In this document: one piece after another, positions 20,496-28,759 of the stretch
Layout: each line of letters starts with the position of its first letter
How positions within the stretch are numbered: position 1 is the stretch's first letter
Source of the DNA: an uncultured Bacilli bacterium
GTDB taxonomy: Bacteria > Bacillota_I > Bacilli_A > RF39 > UBA660
Assembly (NCBI GenBank): GCA_947632065.1
Contig: CANRNO010000005.1
Coordinates: forward strand, 1-59,591
Length of the DNA stretch: 59,591 nt
Reading direction: 5' to 3'
The notes under the pieces: model-generated
The model's database searches: none
Told to the model about the DNA's origin: nothing
The model's input: only the letters and a program-made list of their open reading frames with translations
Program-made: the position numbers and the translations under genes

Positions 20496-21302
20496 ATGGT
20501 AGAAGAATTTAGAAAAATATTAGAGACATCATATGATGTTAGTTTAAGTAATGTATCAGATTTTGTTATCTGTTCAATGATGATAGTTGCAATATTAATT
20601 TTAATTGTATCTGTGTTTGCTTTGGGTGTACAAATATATTTAGCAATTAAATATCATAAATATAATAAAAAGAAAAACAGTATAGATATGACTGGAGAAG
20701 ATATAGCAAGAAAAATACTTGATGATAATGGACTTGAGAAAATTAAAGTTAAATGTAGTGGATCAATTCTTTTTGGTAATAGTTATAGTCATTATTTTAA
20801 AAAAGTTAGATTAAGAAGACTTACTTGGAAAAAGAGTTCAGTTGCATCTCTTGCGATGGCTTCACAAAAATCATCTCTTGCAATATTAGATAAAGAAAAT
20901 GATCCAGATATGGAAACTAGAATTAAACTTACTCCAATTATTTACTTTGGACCACTTTTATTTATTCCTTTAGTTATTATAGGTATAATTTTAGACTTTT
21001 TAGTTTTAAGAAGTGGAACAGCAACATTTACTATTATTTGTACAGTTTTAGGACTATTACTTTATTTAATAGCGTTTGTTATGTCTTTAAAAGTATTAAA
21101 GACTGAAATTAAAGCTCAAAATAGAGCATATGAAATTTTAAAGAAGAATGGTATGGCAACTGATGAAGAATTAGAAATGCTAAAGGAATTATTTAAATTA
21201 TATAATATAGAATATGTAAACAATATGGTTATAGCATTACTAGAATTCATTTATAGGGTTTTAGAGTTAATTGCGGCAGTTCAGCAAAATAGTAATAATT
21301 AA
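20496..21302 (+). CDS. Membrane protein of the putative neutral zinc metallopeptidase family (PF04298-like) that lacks the HEXXH motif
   Basis: MTGEDIARKILDDNGL, KVRL and the TM layout match my memory of the family. The position of AAHEVGHA reads AMASQKSS. AAAGAGGT lies 6 nt before ATG 20496. Confidence 0.55.
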   Translation: MVEEFRKILETSYDVSLSNVSDFVICSMMIVAILILIVSVFALGVQIYLAIKYHKYNKKKNSIDMTGEDIARKILDDNGLEKIKVKCSGSILFGNSYSHYFKKVRLRRLTWKKSSVASLAMASQKSSLAILDKENDPDMETRIKLTPIIYFGPLLFIPLVIIGIILDFLVLRSGTATFTIICTVLGLLLYLIAFVMSLKVLKTEIKAQNRAYEILKKNGMATDEELEMLKELFKLYNIEYVNNMVIALLEFIYRVLELIAAVQQNSNN

Positions 21303-21316
21303 ATTTATAATAAAAG

Positions 21317-21343
21317 GAAAGCAGATTTATTTCTGCTTTTTTG
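21317..21343 (+). terminator. Rho-independent terminator
   Basis: AAAGCAGA (21318-21325) pairs with TCTGCTTT (21332-21339), followed by a T-run. Confidence 0.75.
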
Positions 21344-21350
21344 TGTTATT

Positions 21351-21374
21351 AATTTAGGTGAGTTTTATGTAAGT
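21351..21374 (+). repeat. Direct repeat, left copy (AATTTAGGTGAGTTTTATGTAAGT)
   Basis: Matches 21634-21657 at 21 of 24 positions. The two copies are 283 bp apart. Confidence 0.6.
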
Positions 21375-21633
21375 CATATTAAAAAAATAAAAGAACTTTT
21401 ATTATAAAGTTCCTTTCTCTTATTGCTATCATTTTATTTCTCTTATCACTATTGATAACTATGATACTCTTTCGGCATTGATAGAGAATCACTGTTTTTT
21501 TTAGAGGTGAGGTTCACTTGCTACTTAAATGTTCCTCTTTTTTATTTTATGTATTTATGATACCATATGTTAATCATTCTGTCAAAATATAAAAACATTT
21601 ATAAATTAATATTATAAGTTATTTTAATCAATT

Positions 21634-21657
21634 AAATTAGGTAAGTTTTATGCAAGT
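21634..21657 (+). repeat. Direct repeat, right copy (AAATTAGGTAAGTTTTATGCAAGT), with an extra tandem 11-mer
   Basis: AGTTTTATGCA occurs twice in tandem (21644-21654 and 21655-21665). Confidence 0.6.
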
Positions 21658-21717
21658 TTTATGCAAGTCGTATTGAATAAAATTACTATTAGTAGTATAA
21701 TATATGTAGAGAAAAAG

Positions 21718-22725
21718 GTGAGTTTTATAAAAAAAGATAAGTATTTTCCACCATTTGAAATAACACAAGAAATGTTATTGAGAGTAGCTGAAATTTCTGA
21801 AAAAGTTACTAAATTAGATATTTTTTCTAATTTAAATAAAAAGCCATATTTCATGAAACAAACTAAAATTAATTCTATTCATTCATCACTGGCAATAGAA
21901 AATAATGATTTAACATTAGAACAAGTTAAAGATGTTATTGATGGAAAATTAGTAATGGGATCTAAAAAAGATATACAAGAAGTTAAGAATACTTATAAGG
22001 CTTATGATATGATAAGTGAAGTTAATCCATATTCTATTAGAGATTTAAAAAAAGTACATGGTGTTATGACTTTTTTAACTGTGGATGAAGCAGGAAAATT
22101 TAGAAGTGGTAACGAGGGTGTTTTTGATAACGATAAATGTATTTTTATGTGTCCTTCACCTAAGTTAGTAGATGATTTGATGAGGCAATTATTTAGTTGG
22201 ATGAGAGAAAATAAAGATAAAATACATCCTTTAATATTATCAAGTGTGTTTCATTATGAATTTGTTTTTATTCATCCTTTTTCTGATGGTAATGGTAGAA
22301 CAGTAAGGTTATGGCAAAATATTTTACTTTATAATTGGAAAGATATTTTCTTATATTTACCAATTGAATCTCAAATTCATAAATATCAAGATGATTATTA
22401 TAGGGCTATTGCTAATTGTAATAGTAAAGGGGATTCTACTGAGTTTATAGAGTTTATGCTTAAAATGATAGATGAGACAATAGAAGAAGTTTTGAAGGTT
22501 CCTATTGAGCCAATAAATCAAGAGACAATTAATATAAATAAATTGTTAGATTGTTTAGAAAAGAATACTCCACTCAGTGCTAATGAAATAATGGATAAGT
22601 TAAATATTAAGTCAAAAGATACTTTAAGAAATAAGTATTTACATCCTGCTATAAAACAAGGTTTAGTTAAATTGACTATTCCAGATAAACCTAATAGTAG
22701 TAATCAGATGTATTATAAAGATTAG
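21718..22725 (+). CDS. Fic family protein (class II layout: N-terminal inhibitory helix, Fic core, C-terminal wHTH-like tail)
   Basis: Fic motif HPFSDGNGRTVRL and inhibitory-type motif SLAIEN ((S/T)xxxE(G/N)). TTGAAT-17-TATAAT lies inside the track ORF 5' end, so GTG 21718 is preferred over ATG 21661. Confidence 0.8.
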   Translation: MSFIKKDKYFPPFEITQEMLLRVAEISEKVTKLDIFSNLNKKPYFMKQTKINSIHSSLAIENNDLTLEQVKDVIDGKLVMGSKKDIQEVKNTYKAYDMISEVNPYSIRDLKKVHGVMTFLTVDEAGKFRSGNEGVFDNDKCIFMCPSPKLVDDLMRQLFSWMRENKDKIHPLILSSVFHYEFVFIHPFSDGNGRTVRLWQNILLYNWKDIFLYLPIESQIHKYQDDYYRAIANCNSKGDSTEFIEFMLKMIDETIEEVLKVPIEPINQETININKLLDCLEKNTPLSANEIMDKLNIKSKDTLRNKYLHPAIKQGLVKLTIPDKPNSSNQMYYKD

Positions 22726-22742
22726 ATTAAAAGGTGAATGAT

Positions 22743-23735
22743 ATGGATTTATTTTTTAATAAGATGGTTAAAGAACTTGATTTGGGTAATATAATTGAAA
22801 AGCCTTTAAGGGTTACTGGTGGTTTAACTCATCGTATGTTTAAAGTTGTTACTGATAAAGGAAGATATATTGTTAAGTTATTAAATCCTAATATTATGAA
22901 AAGAACTACTGCTATGGATAATTTTAATAAAGCAGAAAAATTTGAGGAAATATTAAAAGATAATAATATTAAGGCTATATATTCTTTAGAATTTAATGAT
23001 AGAAAAATGCAAAAGATAGATGATAGATATTTTTATGTTTATGAGTGGTTTGATGGTAAAGCTTTAAAAGATGAGGAAATAACTAAATATCATTGTAAAA
23101 AAATAGTAAAGGCATTAGCGGGCATTCATAAAATAGATTTAAAACATGAAGGAGTAGAAATAAAAAAGAAAGATATAGACTTTGAATATTATATTAATCT
23201 TGCGAAAAATAAAAATTCTTTAATTTATGAAATGTTATATGATAAATTAGATATATTAAATGAAAGTATGAATAAAGGTAATATTGCGATTTCTAAGTTA
23301 GATAAAGTTAGGGCAATATGTCATAATGATTTGGATAGTAAAAATGTAATGTGGTTGAATGATCAATATAAAATAATTGATTTAGAATGTTTAGGGTATT
23401 CTAATCCTTATTTGGAATTATATGAGATTGCTTTATGTTGGTCTGGCTATGAGAAATGTAGTATAGATTTTGATTTGTTTAAAACGTTTTTTAAAACATA
23501 TTTTGATAATATTGATTTAGATAAGAATATAGATTGGGAAAGTATTTATTATGCTAATAATGGTAGATTAGAATGGTTAGAGTTTAATATTAAAAGATCA
23601 TTAATGATAGAGTGTGATACAAAAGAAGAACAGGAAATAGGTATAAAAGAAGTTGAAGATACAATTAACCATATTGTTTATTATGATAAAATAAAAAATG
23701 ATATATTAAACAATATAAGAGACATATTAAATTAA
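22743..23735 (+). CDS. Aminoglycoside phosphotransferase / choline-kinase-like (APH family) kinase
   Basis: Brenner-type motif ICHNDLDSKNVMW followed by IIDLE, plus an N-terminal VTGGLTHRMFKV nucleotide-binding loop and K. Confidence 0.75.
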   Translation: MDLFFNKMVKELDLGNIIEKPLRVTGGLTHRMFKVVTDKGRYIVKLLNPNIMKRTTAMDNFNKAEKFEEILKDNNIKAIYSLEFNDRKMQKIDDRYFYVYEWFDGKALKDEEITKYHCKKIVKALAGIHKIDLKHEGVEIKKKDIDFEYYINLAKNKNSLIYEMLYDKLDILNESMNKGNIAISKLDKVRAICHNDLDSKNVMWLNDQYKIIDLECLGYSNPYLELYEIALCWSGYEKCSIDFDLFKTFFKTYFDNIDLDKNIDWESIYYANNGRLEWLEFNIKRSLMIECDTKEEQEIGIKEVEDTINHIVYYDKIKNDILNNIRDILN

Positions 23736-23758
23736 TACTAAGTAGTGAGGAGAAGAAT

Positions 23759-24097
23759 ATGCATGAGATGAAATTACAACCTGAGTATTATGATTTTATA
23801 CTTAATGGTACAAAAAGAATTGAGATTAGACTTAATGATGAGAAAAGAAGACAGATTAAAATTGGGGATACTATTAAATTTTTAAAAGAACCTGAACTTA
23901 CGGAATCTTTTAAAGTAAAAGTTATTGACTTGTTAAGATATGATACTTTTGAAGATATGTTTAAAGATTTTGATATTTCTGTTTTAGCAGACATCTCTAT
24001 GACTAAAGAAGAATTAATTTCTGTTTTAGAAGAGTTTTATCCTAAAGAAAAACAAAAACTATATGGTGTTTTAGGAATAAAGTTAGAATTGATTTAA
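23759..24097 (+). CDS. ASCH domain protein
   Basis: LQPEYYDFILNGTKRIEIRLNDEKRRQIKIGDTIKF is a typical ASCH N-terminal pattern. GAGGAG RBS. Confidence 0.65.
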   Translation: MHEMKLQPEYYDFILNGTKRIEIRLNDEKRRQIKIGDTIKFLKEPELTESFKVKVIDLLRYDTFEDMFKDFDISVLADISMTKEELISVLEEFYPKEKQKLYGVLGIKLELI

Positions 24098-24120
24098 GAC
24101 AAGTTATTGTCTTTTTCTTT
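24097..24120 (+). terminator. Rho-independent terminator
   Basis: AGACAA-gtta-TTGTCT followed by a T-run. Confidence 0.6.
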
Positions 24121-24144
24121 TGGCTTTACATATAATGTATAGAG

Positions 24145-24981
24145 GTGGATTTTTTGGATAAAGAGTATACAGTAAAACCTGGGGATACTTTGTATGGTAT
24201 TAGTAAACAATTTGGAGTTTCTGTTAATGAGCTGAAAAAAGCAAATGATATGACTGATAATATTGTTACGTTAGGCTCTGTTATGATTATTCCTGATACT
24301 TCTGTTTTAACATATACAGTAAAGCCTGGTGATAGTATTTATTCTATTGCTAGAGATTTTGGAGTAACAACAGATGAGATAATAAATGCTAATAACTTAA
24401 ATAGTGATATGTTGATGATAGGAGAGATACTTACTATACCATCTAGTGGAAGTAATCCTTCTTTTATAAATTATAAAATTAAAAAGGGAGATAATTTATA
24501 TGATTTAGCAAGCACCTATAATACAACAGTAGATGCGATTAAGTCATTAAATAATCTTAAAAGTAATGATTTAAGTATTGGAGAGGTTATTAAAATTCCT
24601 ACGGTATTAGTAGATGAGGTTTCAATATTTAAGAAAAATTATAAAGAATATACTGTTAAGCCAGGAGATAATTTATATTCGATTGCAGAGTCTTTTGGAG
24701 TATCAGTTGATGATATTAAAAAAGTTAATAAACTTGATAATAATAATTTAACTATTGGAGAAGTATTACTTATTGGAAGTTTTATACCTGATAGTGTTTT
24801 AGGACTTTCTTGTTATGGGAATGATTCTGATTTGATTACTTATATAGTTAAAAAAGGGGATGACTTATATTCTATTGCGAGTAAATATTCTACTTCAGTT
24901 AATAGTATTAAAGAGATTAATGATTTAAAAAGTGATGATTTAGATATAGGTCAAATATTAAAAATAAGAAAGGGGTCTTGA
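24145..24981 (+). CDS. Protein with five LysM repeats and no signal peptide (spore coat/cortex-associated candidate)
   Basis: Five copies of Y.VK.GD.LY.IA..... N.L....L.IG..L.IP. The start is uncertain (GTG 24145 or TTG 24154). Confidence 0.8.
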   Translation: MDFLDKEYTVKPGDTLYGISKQFGVSVNELKKANDMTDNIVTLGSVMIIPDTSVLTYTVKPGDSIYSIARDFGVTTDEIINANNLNSDMLMIGEILTIPSSGSNPSFINYKIKKGDNLYDLASTYNTTVDAIKSLNNLKSNDLSIGEVIKIPTVLVDEVSIFKKNYKEYTVKPGDNLYSIAESFGVSVDDIKKVNKLDNNNLTIGEVLLIGSFIPDSVLGLSCYGNDSDLITYIVKKGDDLYSIASKYSTSVNSIKEINDLKSDDLDIGQILKIRKGS

Positions 24982-24982
24982 T

Positions 24983-25387
24983 GTGAATTTTATTACATTT
25001 GATGAGTTTAAAGATAGTGATGATTATGGAGATTTTATAAAAGATAATCCTAGTTTAGGGAACTTTAAAGTGCAAGTTAGTATGGGAAGTGGTGGTATTC
25101 CTGTTGATGGTGTTGAGGTTTTAGTTACTAAAGATATTAATAATAAGAAAGTTTTATTTTTTAAAGGAGAGACTGATGATAGTGGAATGATTGATAATAT
25201 TAAAGTACCAGCACCTAAGTCAATGACGGATTTTTCTTTTAAAGAGTTTCCTAATCATACTGATTATGATTTAAGTATTATTTGTAAAAAGCATAATGTT
25301 ATTAAAGAGTTTGTATTGCAAGCTTATGGTGATGTTAAGGCAATACAAAATGTTAATATTGTACCTAGTGGTGGTGTTGATGGCTAG
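24983..25387 (+). CDS. Small protein with a carboxypeptidase-regulatory-like (prealbumin-fold) pattern
   Basis: GIPVDGVEVLVTKD...GETDDSGMIDNIKVP pattern. Translationally coupled to the next gene (ATGGCTAG overlap). Confidence 0.5.
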   Translation: MNFITFDEFKDSDDYGDFIKDNPSLGNFKVQVSMGSGGIPVDGVEVLVTKDINNKKVLFFKGETDDSGMIDNIKVPAPKSMTDFSFKEFPNHTDYDLSIICKKHNVIKEFVLQAYGDVKAIQNVNIVPSGGVDG

Positions 25388-26729
25388 AATTGATTATCCT
25401 ACTATTCCTAAGAATATTACTGTTCATTTAGGAGAACCTAATGAGGCAGCTGAGAATATTACAGTATCATTTAGAGATTATATAAAAAATGTAGCATCCA
25501 GTGAGTTGTATGCTAATTGGCCTATTGATGCTCTTAAAGCAAATATTTTAGCACAAATTAATTTTGCTCTTAATAGAGTTTATAATGAATGGTATAGATC
25601 TAATGGTTATAACTTTGATATAACGTCTCTTCCTAATTATGATCAAACTTATATTAAAGATAGAGAGGTATATGATACTATATCTAAATTAGTAGATGAA
25701 CTTTTTAATACTTATTTTACTAAAGGAGATCAAGTACAACCTTTTTTTGCTTCTTATTGTGATGGTAAAGTTGTCATGTGTGATGGACTTTCTCAATGGG
25801 GTAGTGTAGAACTTGCGAATCAAGGGAAATCTTTTCAAGAAATACTTAAATACTATTATGGAGATGATCTTAATTTCTTTTATAATGCTCCACTTGAAGA
25901 TAGGACACAGTCTTATCCTGGATATGAGGTAAAAGAAGGAATTGCTGGAGATATGGTTTTAGAGTTAAAAAGAGAACTTAATAGAATTTCTCAGAATTAT
26001 CCAGCTATTCCAATAATAGAAGAGGAGAATATTTATTTTACTAAAGACCTTGAGGATAGTATAAAGGCTTTTCAAGAGGTTTTTAACTTAAATGTTACAG
26101 GAGTTGTAGATAGTGCTACTTGGTATAAGATAAAATATGTTTATAATAGTGTTAAAAAAATAAGTGATATTTATTCTGAGGGTATTAGTGTAGAAGAGGC
26201 TACTAAGAAGTATCCATCATCTTTAAAATATGGAGATACAGGAGATTATATAAATTCTCTTGCTTATTATCTACAAGCAGTTGCATACTTTAATCCTAAT
26301 ATTCCTTATTTAGAGGTTAGTGATGAAGTTTTTGATGATAATTTAAAGACTATGGTTATTGCTTTTCAAAAAGATAATGGACTTGATGCGGATGGTGTAG
26401 TGGATGCTACTGTTTGGGTTAAGTTAAAAGAAGTATATAAAGATATTGTAGATATGCTTCCTTTTGAATATAGAGAATATGAAGATTTATTTTTTCCAGG
26501 GAGATATTTACTTTATGGTATGAGAGGAGAAGATGTAATTCGTCTTCAAATGTTACTTTATCAGATATGTATTAAAACTAAAAGTATTCCTGGTGTTGTT
26601 ATTAATGGGGATTTTGATGAATTAACAAGAGAGTCTGTTATAGATTTACAGAAGAGATTTGGGTATGAACAAACTGGTGTTATTAATCCAGCTACTTGGA
26701 AGTCTATAGTGGAATTATCAAGGGAATAG
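25380..26729 (+). CDS. SleC-like spore cortex-lytic enzyme / peptidoglycan-binding protein
   Basis: N-terminal ITVHLGEPNEAAENITVSFRDYIKNVASSELYANWP...ALKANILAQINFALNRVYNEWYRS, which I recall from clostridial SleC. Three PG_binding_1-like repeats (FQ..F.L...G.VD..TW). ATG 25380 preferred over the track start 25296. Confidence 0.65.
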   Translation: MARIDYPTIPKNITVHLGEPNEAAENITVSFRDYIKNVASSELYANWPIDALKANILAQINFALNRVYNEWYRSNGYNFDITSLPNYDQTYIKDREVYDTISKLVDELFNTYFTKGDQVQPFFASYCDGKVVMCDGLSQWGSVELANQGKSFQEILKYYYGDDLNFFYNAPLEDRTQSYPGYEVKEGIAGDMVLELKRELNRISQNYPAIPIIEEENIYFTKDLEDSIKAFQEVFNLNVTGVVDSATWYKIKYVYNSVKKISDIYSEGISVEEATKKYPSSLKYGDTGDYINSLAYYLQAVAYFNPNIPYLEVSDEVFDDNLKTMVIAFQKDNGLDADGVVDATVWVKLKEVYKDIVDMLPFEYREYEDLFFPGRYLLYGMRGEDVIRLQMLLYQICIKTKSIPGVVINGDFDELTRESVIDLQKRFGYEQTGVINPATWKSIVELSRE

Positions 26730-26834
26730 TTATAACTACTATTCTTTTTCTATGTGTAAAAATTAGTAAAATTAATTGAAAGACTTTGACAATTTTTGAT
26801 ATAATTATTATTGAGAGTAAGGACGTGATAATAA

Positions 26835-28742
26835 ATGGCTTTAAAATATGATGAAAATTCTATAAAAGTTTTAGAAGGACTTGAAGCTGTACGTAAAAGA
26901 CCTGGTATGTATATTGGGTCTACTGATAAAAGAGGGCTTCATCATTTAGTGTGGGAGATAGTTGATAATTCTATTGATGAGGCTATTAATGGTTTTGGAG
27001 ATTATATAAAAATAGTTATACATCGTGATAAGAGTATAAGTGTTGAGGACTTTGGTCGTGGTCTTCCTGTTGGTGTTCATAAAACTGGTAAGAGTACGCC
27101 TGAGGTTATTTTTACTGTACTTCATGCTGGTGGTAAGTTTGAGTCTGGTGGATATAAAGTGTCTGGTGGACTTCATGGTGTGGGTGCTAGTGTTGTTAAT
27201 GCTTTATCTAAATGGTGTGAGGTTACTATTAAACATGATAAGGGAGAATATTTTATTCGTTTTGAAGATGGTGGTCATGTTGTAGATGGTGGACTTAAAA
27301 AGATAGGTACTACTAATCGTACTGGTACTAAAGTTAGATTCTTACCAGATGATACTATTTTTTCTCATACTAATTTTTCATTTACAACAATTTGTGAGAG
27401 AATGCAAGAGAGTGCTTTTCTTTTAAAGGGAATTACTATTGAAGTAGTTGATGAAGAAGATGAAAAAGATGTTGTATACTGTTATGAGAGAGGAATTGAA
27501 GAGTTTGTTGAAGATTTAAATAAGGGTAAGAACACTTTACATAAAGTTCTTAATATGAATGGTGTTAAAGATAAGATAGAAGTAGATATTGCGATGCAGT
27601 ATACTGATACTTATAATGATACTATTGTTAGTTTTGTTAATAATGTTAAGACTGTTGATGGTGGTAGTCATGAAGTTGGATTTAAGACAGCTCTTACTCG
27701 TGTTTTTAATGATTATGCTAAGAGTAATGGATTTTTAAAGGCTAAAGATAAATCTTTAGAAGGTAGTGATGTTAGAGAAGGACTTACAGCGGTTATTTCT
27801 CTTAAGATACCTGAGGATTTATTACAATTTGAAGGACAAACTAAAGGAAAACTTGGTACTCCTAAGGCTAGAACTATAGTGGAGGCTATTACTAGTGAAC
27901 AATTGAGAGTTTATTTAGAAGAGAATAAATCTATTGCGATAGAAGTTATTGAGAAATCTTTAAAGAGTAAAGTGGCAAGAGAGGCTGCTAGACGTGCTAG
28001 AGAAGAGGCTCGTAAGGGTAAGAATAGAACTACTAAAGAGAGAGCTCTTTCTGGTAAACTTACTCCTGCTCAAAGTAAAGATAAAAGTAAAAAAGAGTTA
28101 TTCTTAGTGGAAGGGGACTCTGCAGGGGGCTCTGCTAAACAAGGACGTGATCGTAAATATCAGGCAATTCTTCCTTTACGTGGTAAAGTTTTAAATACTG
28201 AGAAAACTCGAGAAGAGGATATTTTAAAAAATGAAGAATTAAATACAATGATATATACTATTGGAGCTGGATATGGTGCTAACTTTGATATTCATGATTG
28301 TGAGTATTCTAAAGTTATTATCATGAGTGATGCTGATGAGGATGGTGGACATATTCAATGTTTACTTCTTACATTCTTTTATCGTTATATGAGACCTTTA
28401 ATTGAAGATGGTAGACTTTTTGTAGCACTTCCACCACTATTTAAAATACAAAGTGGTAAGAATATTGAATATGCTTATACAGTTGAAGAAATGAAAGAAA
28501 AGTCAAATGGTAAGAAGTGTGAAATACAGCGTTATAAAGGACTTGGTGAGATGAATGCTGATCAGTTATGTGAGACTACAATGAAGCCTGGTTCTAGAAC
28601 TTTAATTAGAGTAAATATTGAAGATGCACAACTTGCAGAAAAACGTGTTTCTATACTTATGGGAGATGATGTTCCTCCTCGTAAGGAATGGATTGAAGAG
28701 AATGTTGAGTTCTCACTAGAAGATGATTATGAAATTGCTTAA
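26835..28742 (+). CDS. parE: Type IIA topoisomerase subunit B, assigned as topoisomerase IV ParE
   Basis: GHKL ATPase (LEAVRKRPGMYIG, HHLVWEIVDNSIDE, GGLHGVGASVVNA) and Toprim (ELFLVEGDSAGGSAKQGRD, IMSDADEDGGHI). Paired with a subunit A that lacks a GyrA box. Confidence 0.8.
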   Translation: MALKYDENSIKVLEGLEAVRKRPGMYIGSTDKRGLHHLVWEIVDNSIDEAINGFGDYIKIVIHRDKSISVEDFGRGLPVGVHKTGKSTPEVIFTVLHAGGKFESGGYKVSGGLHGVGASVVNALSKWCEVTIKHDKGEYFIRFEDGGHVVDGGLKKIGTTNRTGTKVRFLPDDTIFSHTNFSFTTICERMQESAFLLKGITIEVVDEEDEKDVVYCYERGIEEFVEDLNKGKNTLHKVLNMNGVKDKIEVDIAMQYTDTYNDTIVSFVNNVKTVDGGSHEVGFKTALTRVFNDYAKSNGFLKAKDKSLEGSDVREGLTAVISLKIPEDLLQFEGQTKGKLGTPKARTIVEAITSEQLRVYLEENKSIAIEVIEKSLKSKVAREAARRAREEARKGKNRTTKERALSGKLTPAQSKDKSKKELFLVEGDSAGGSAKQGRDRKYQAILPLRGKVLNTEKTREEDILKNEELNTMIYTIGAGYGANFDIHDCEYSKVIIMSDADEDGGHIQCLLLTFFYRYMRPLIEDGRLFVALPPLFKIQSGKNIEYAYTVEEMKEKSNGKKCEIQRYKGLGEMNADQLCETTMKPGSRTLIRVNIEDAQLAEKRVSILMGDDVPPRKEWIEENVEFSLEDDYEIA

Positions 28743-28759
28743 GACAAAAAGTAGGTGAT

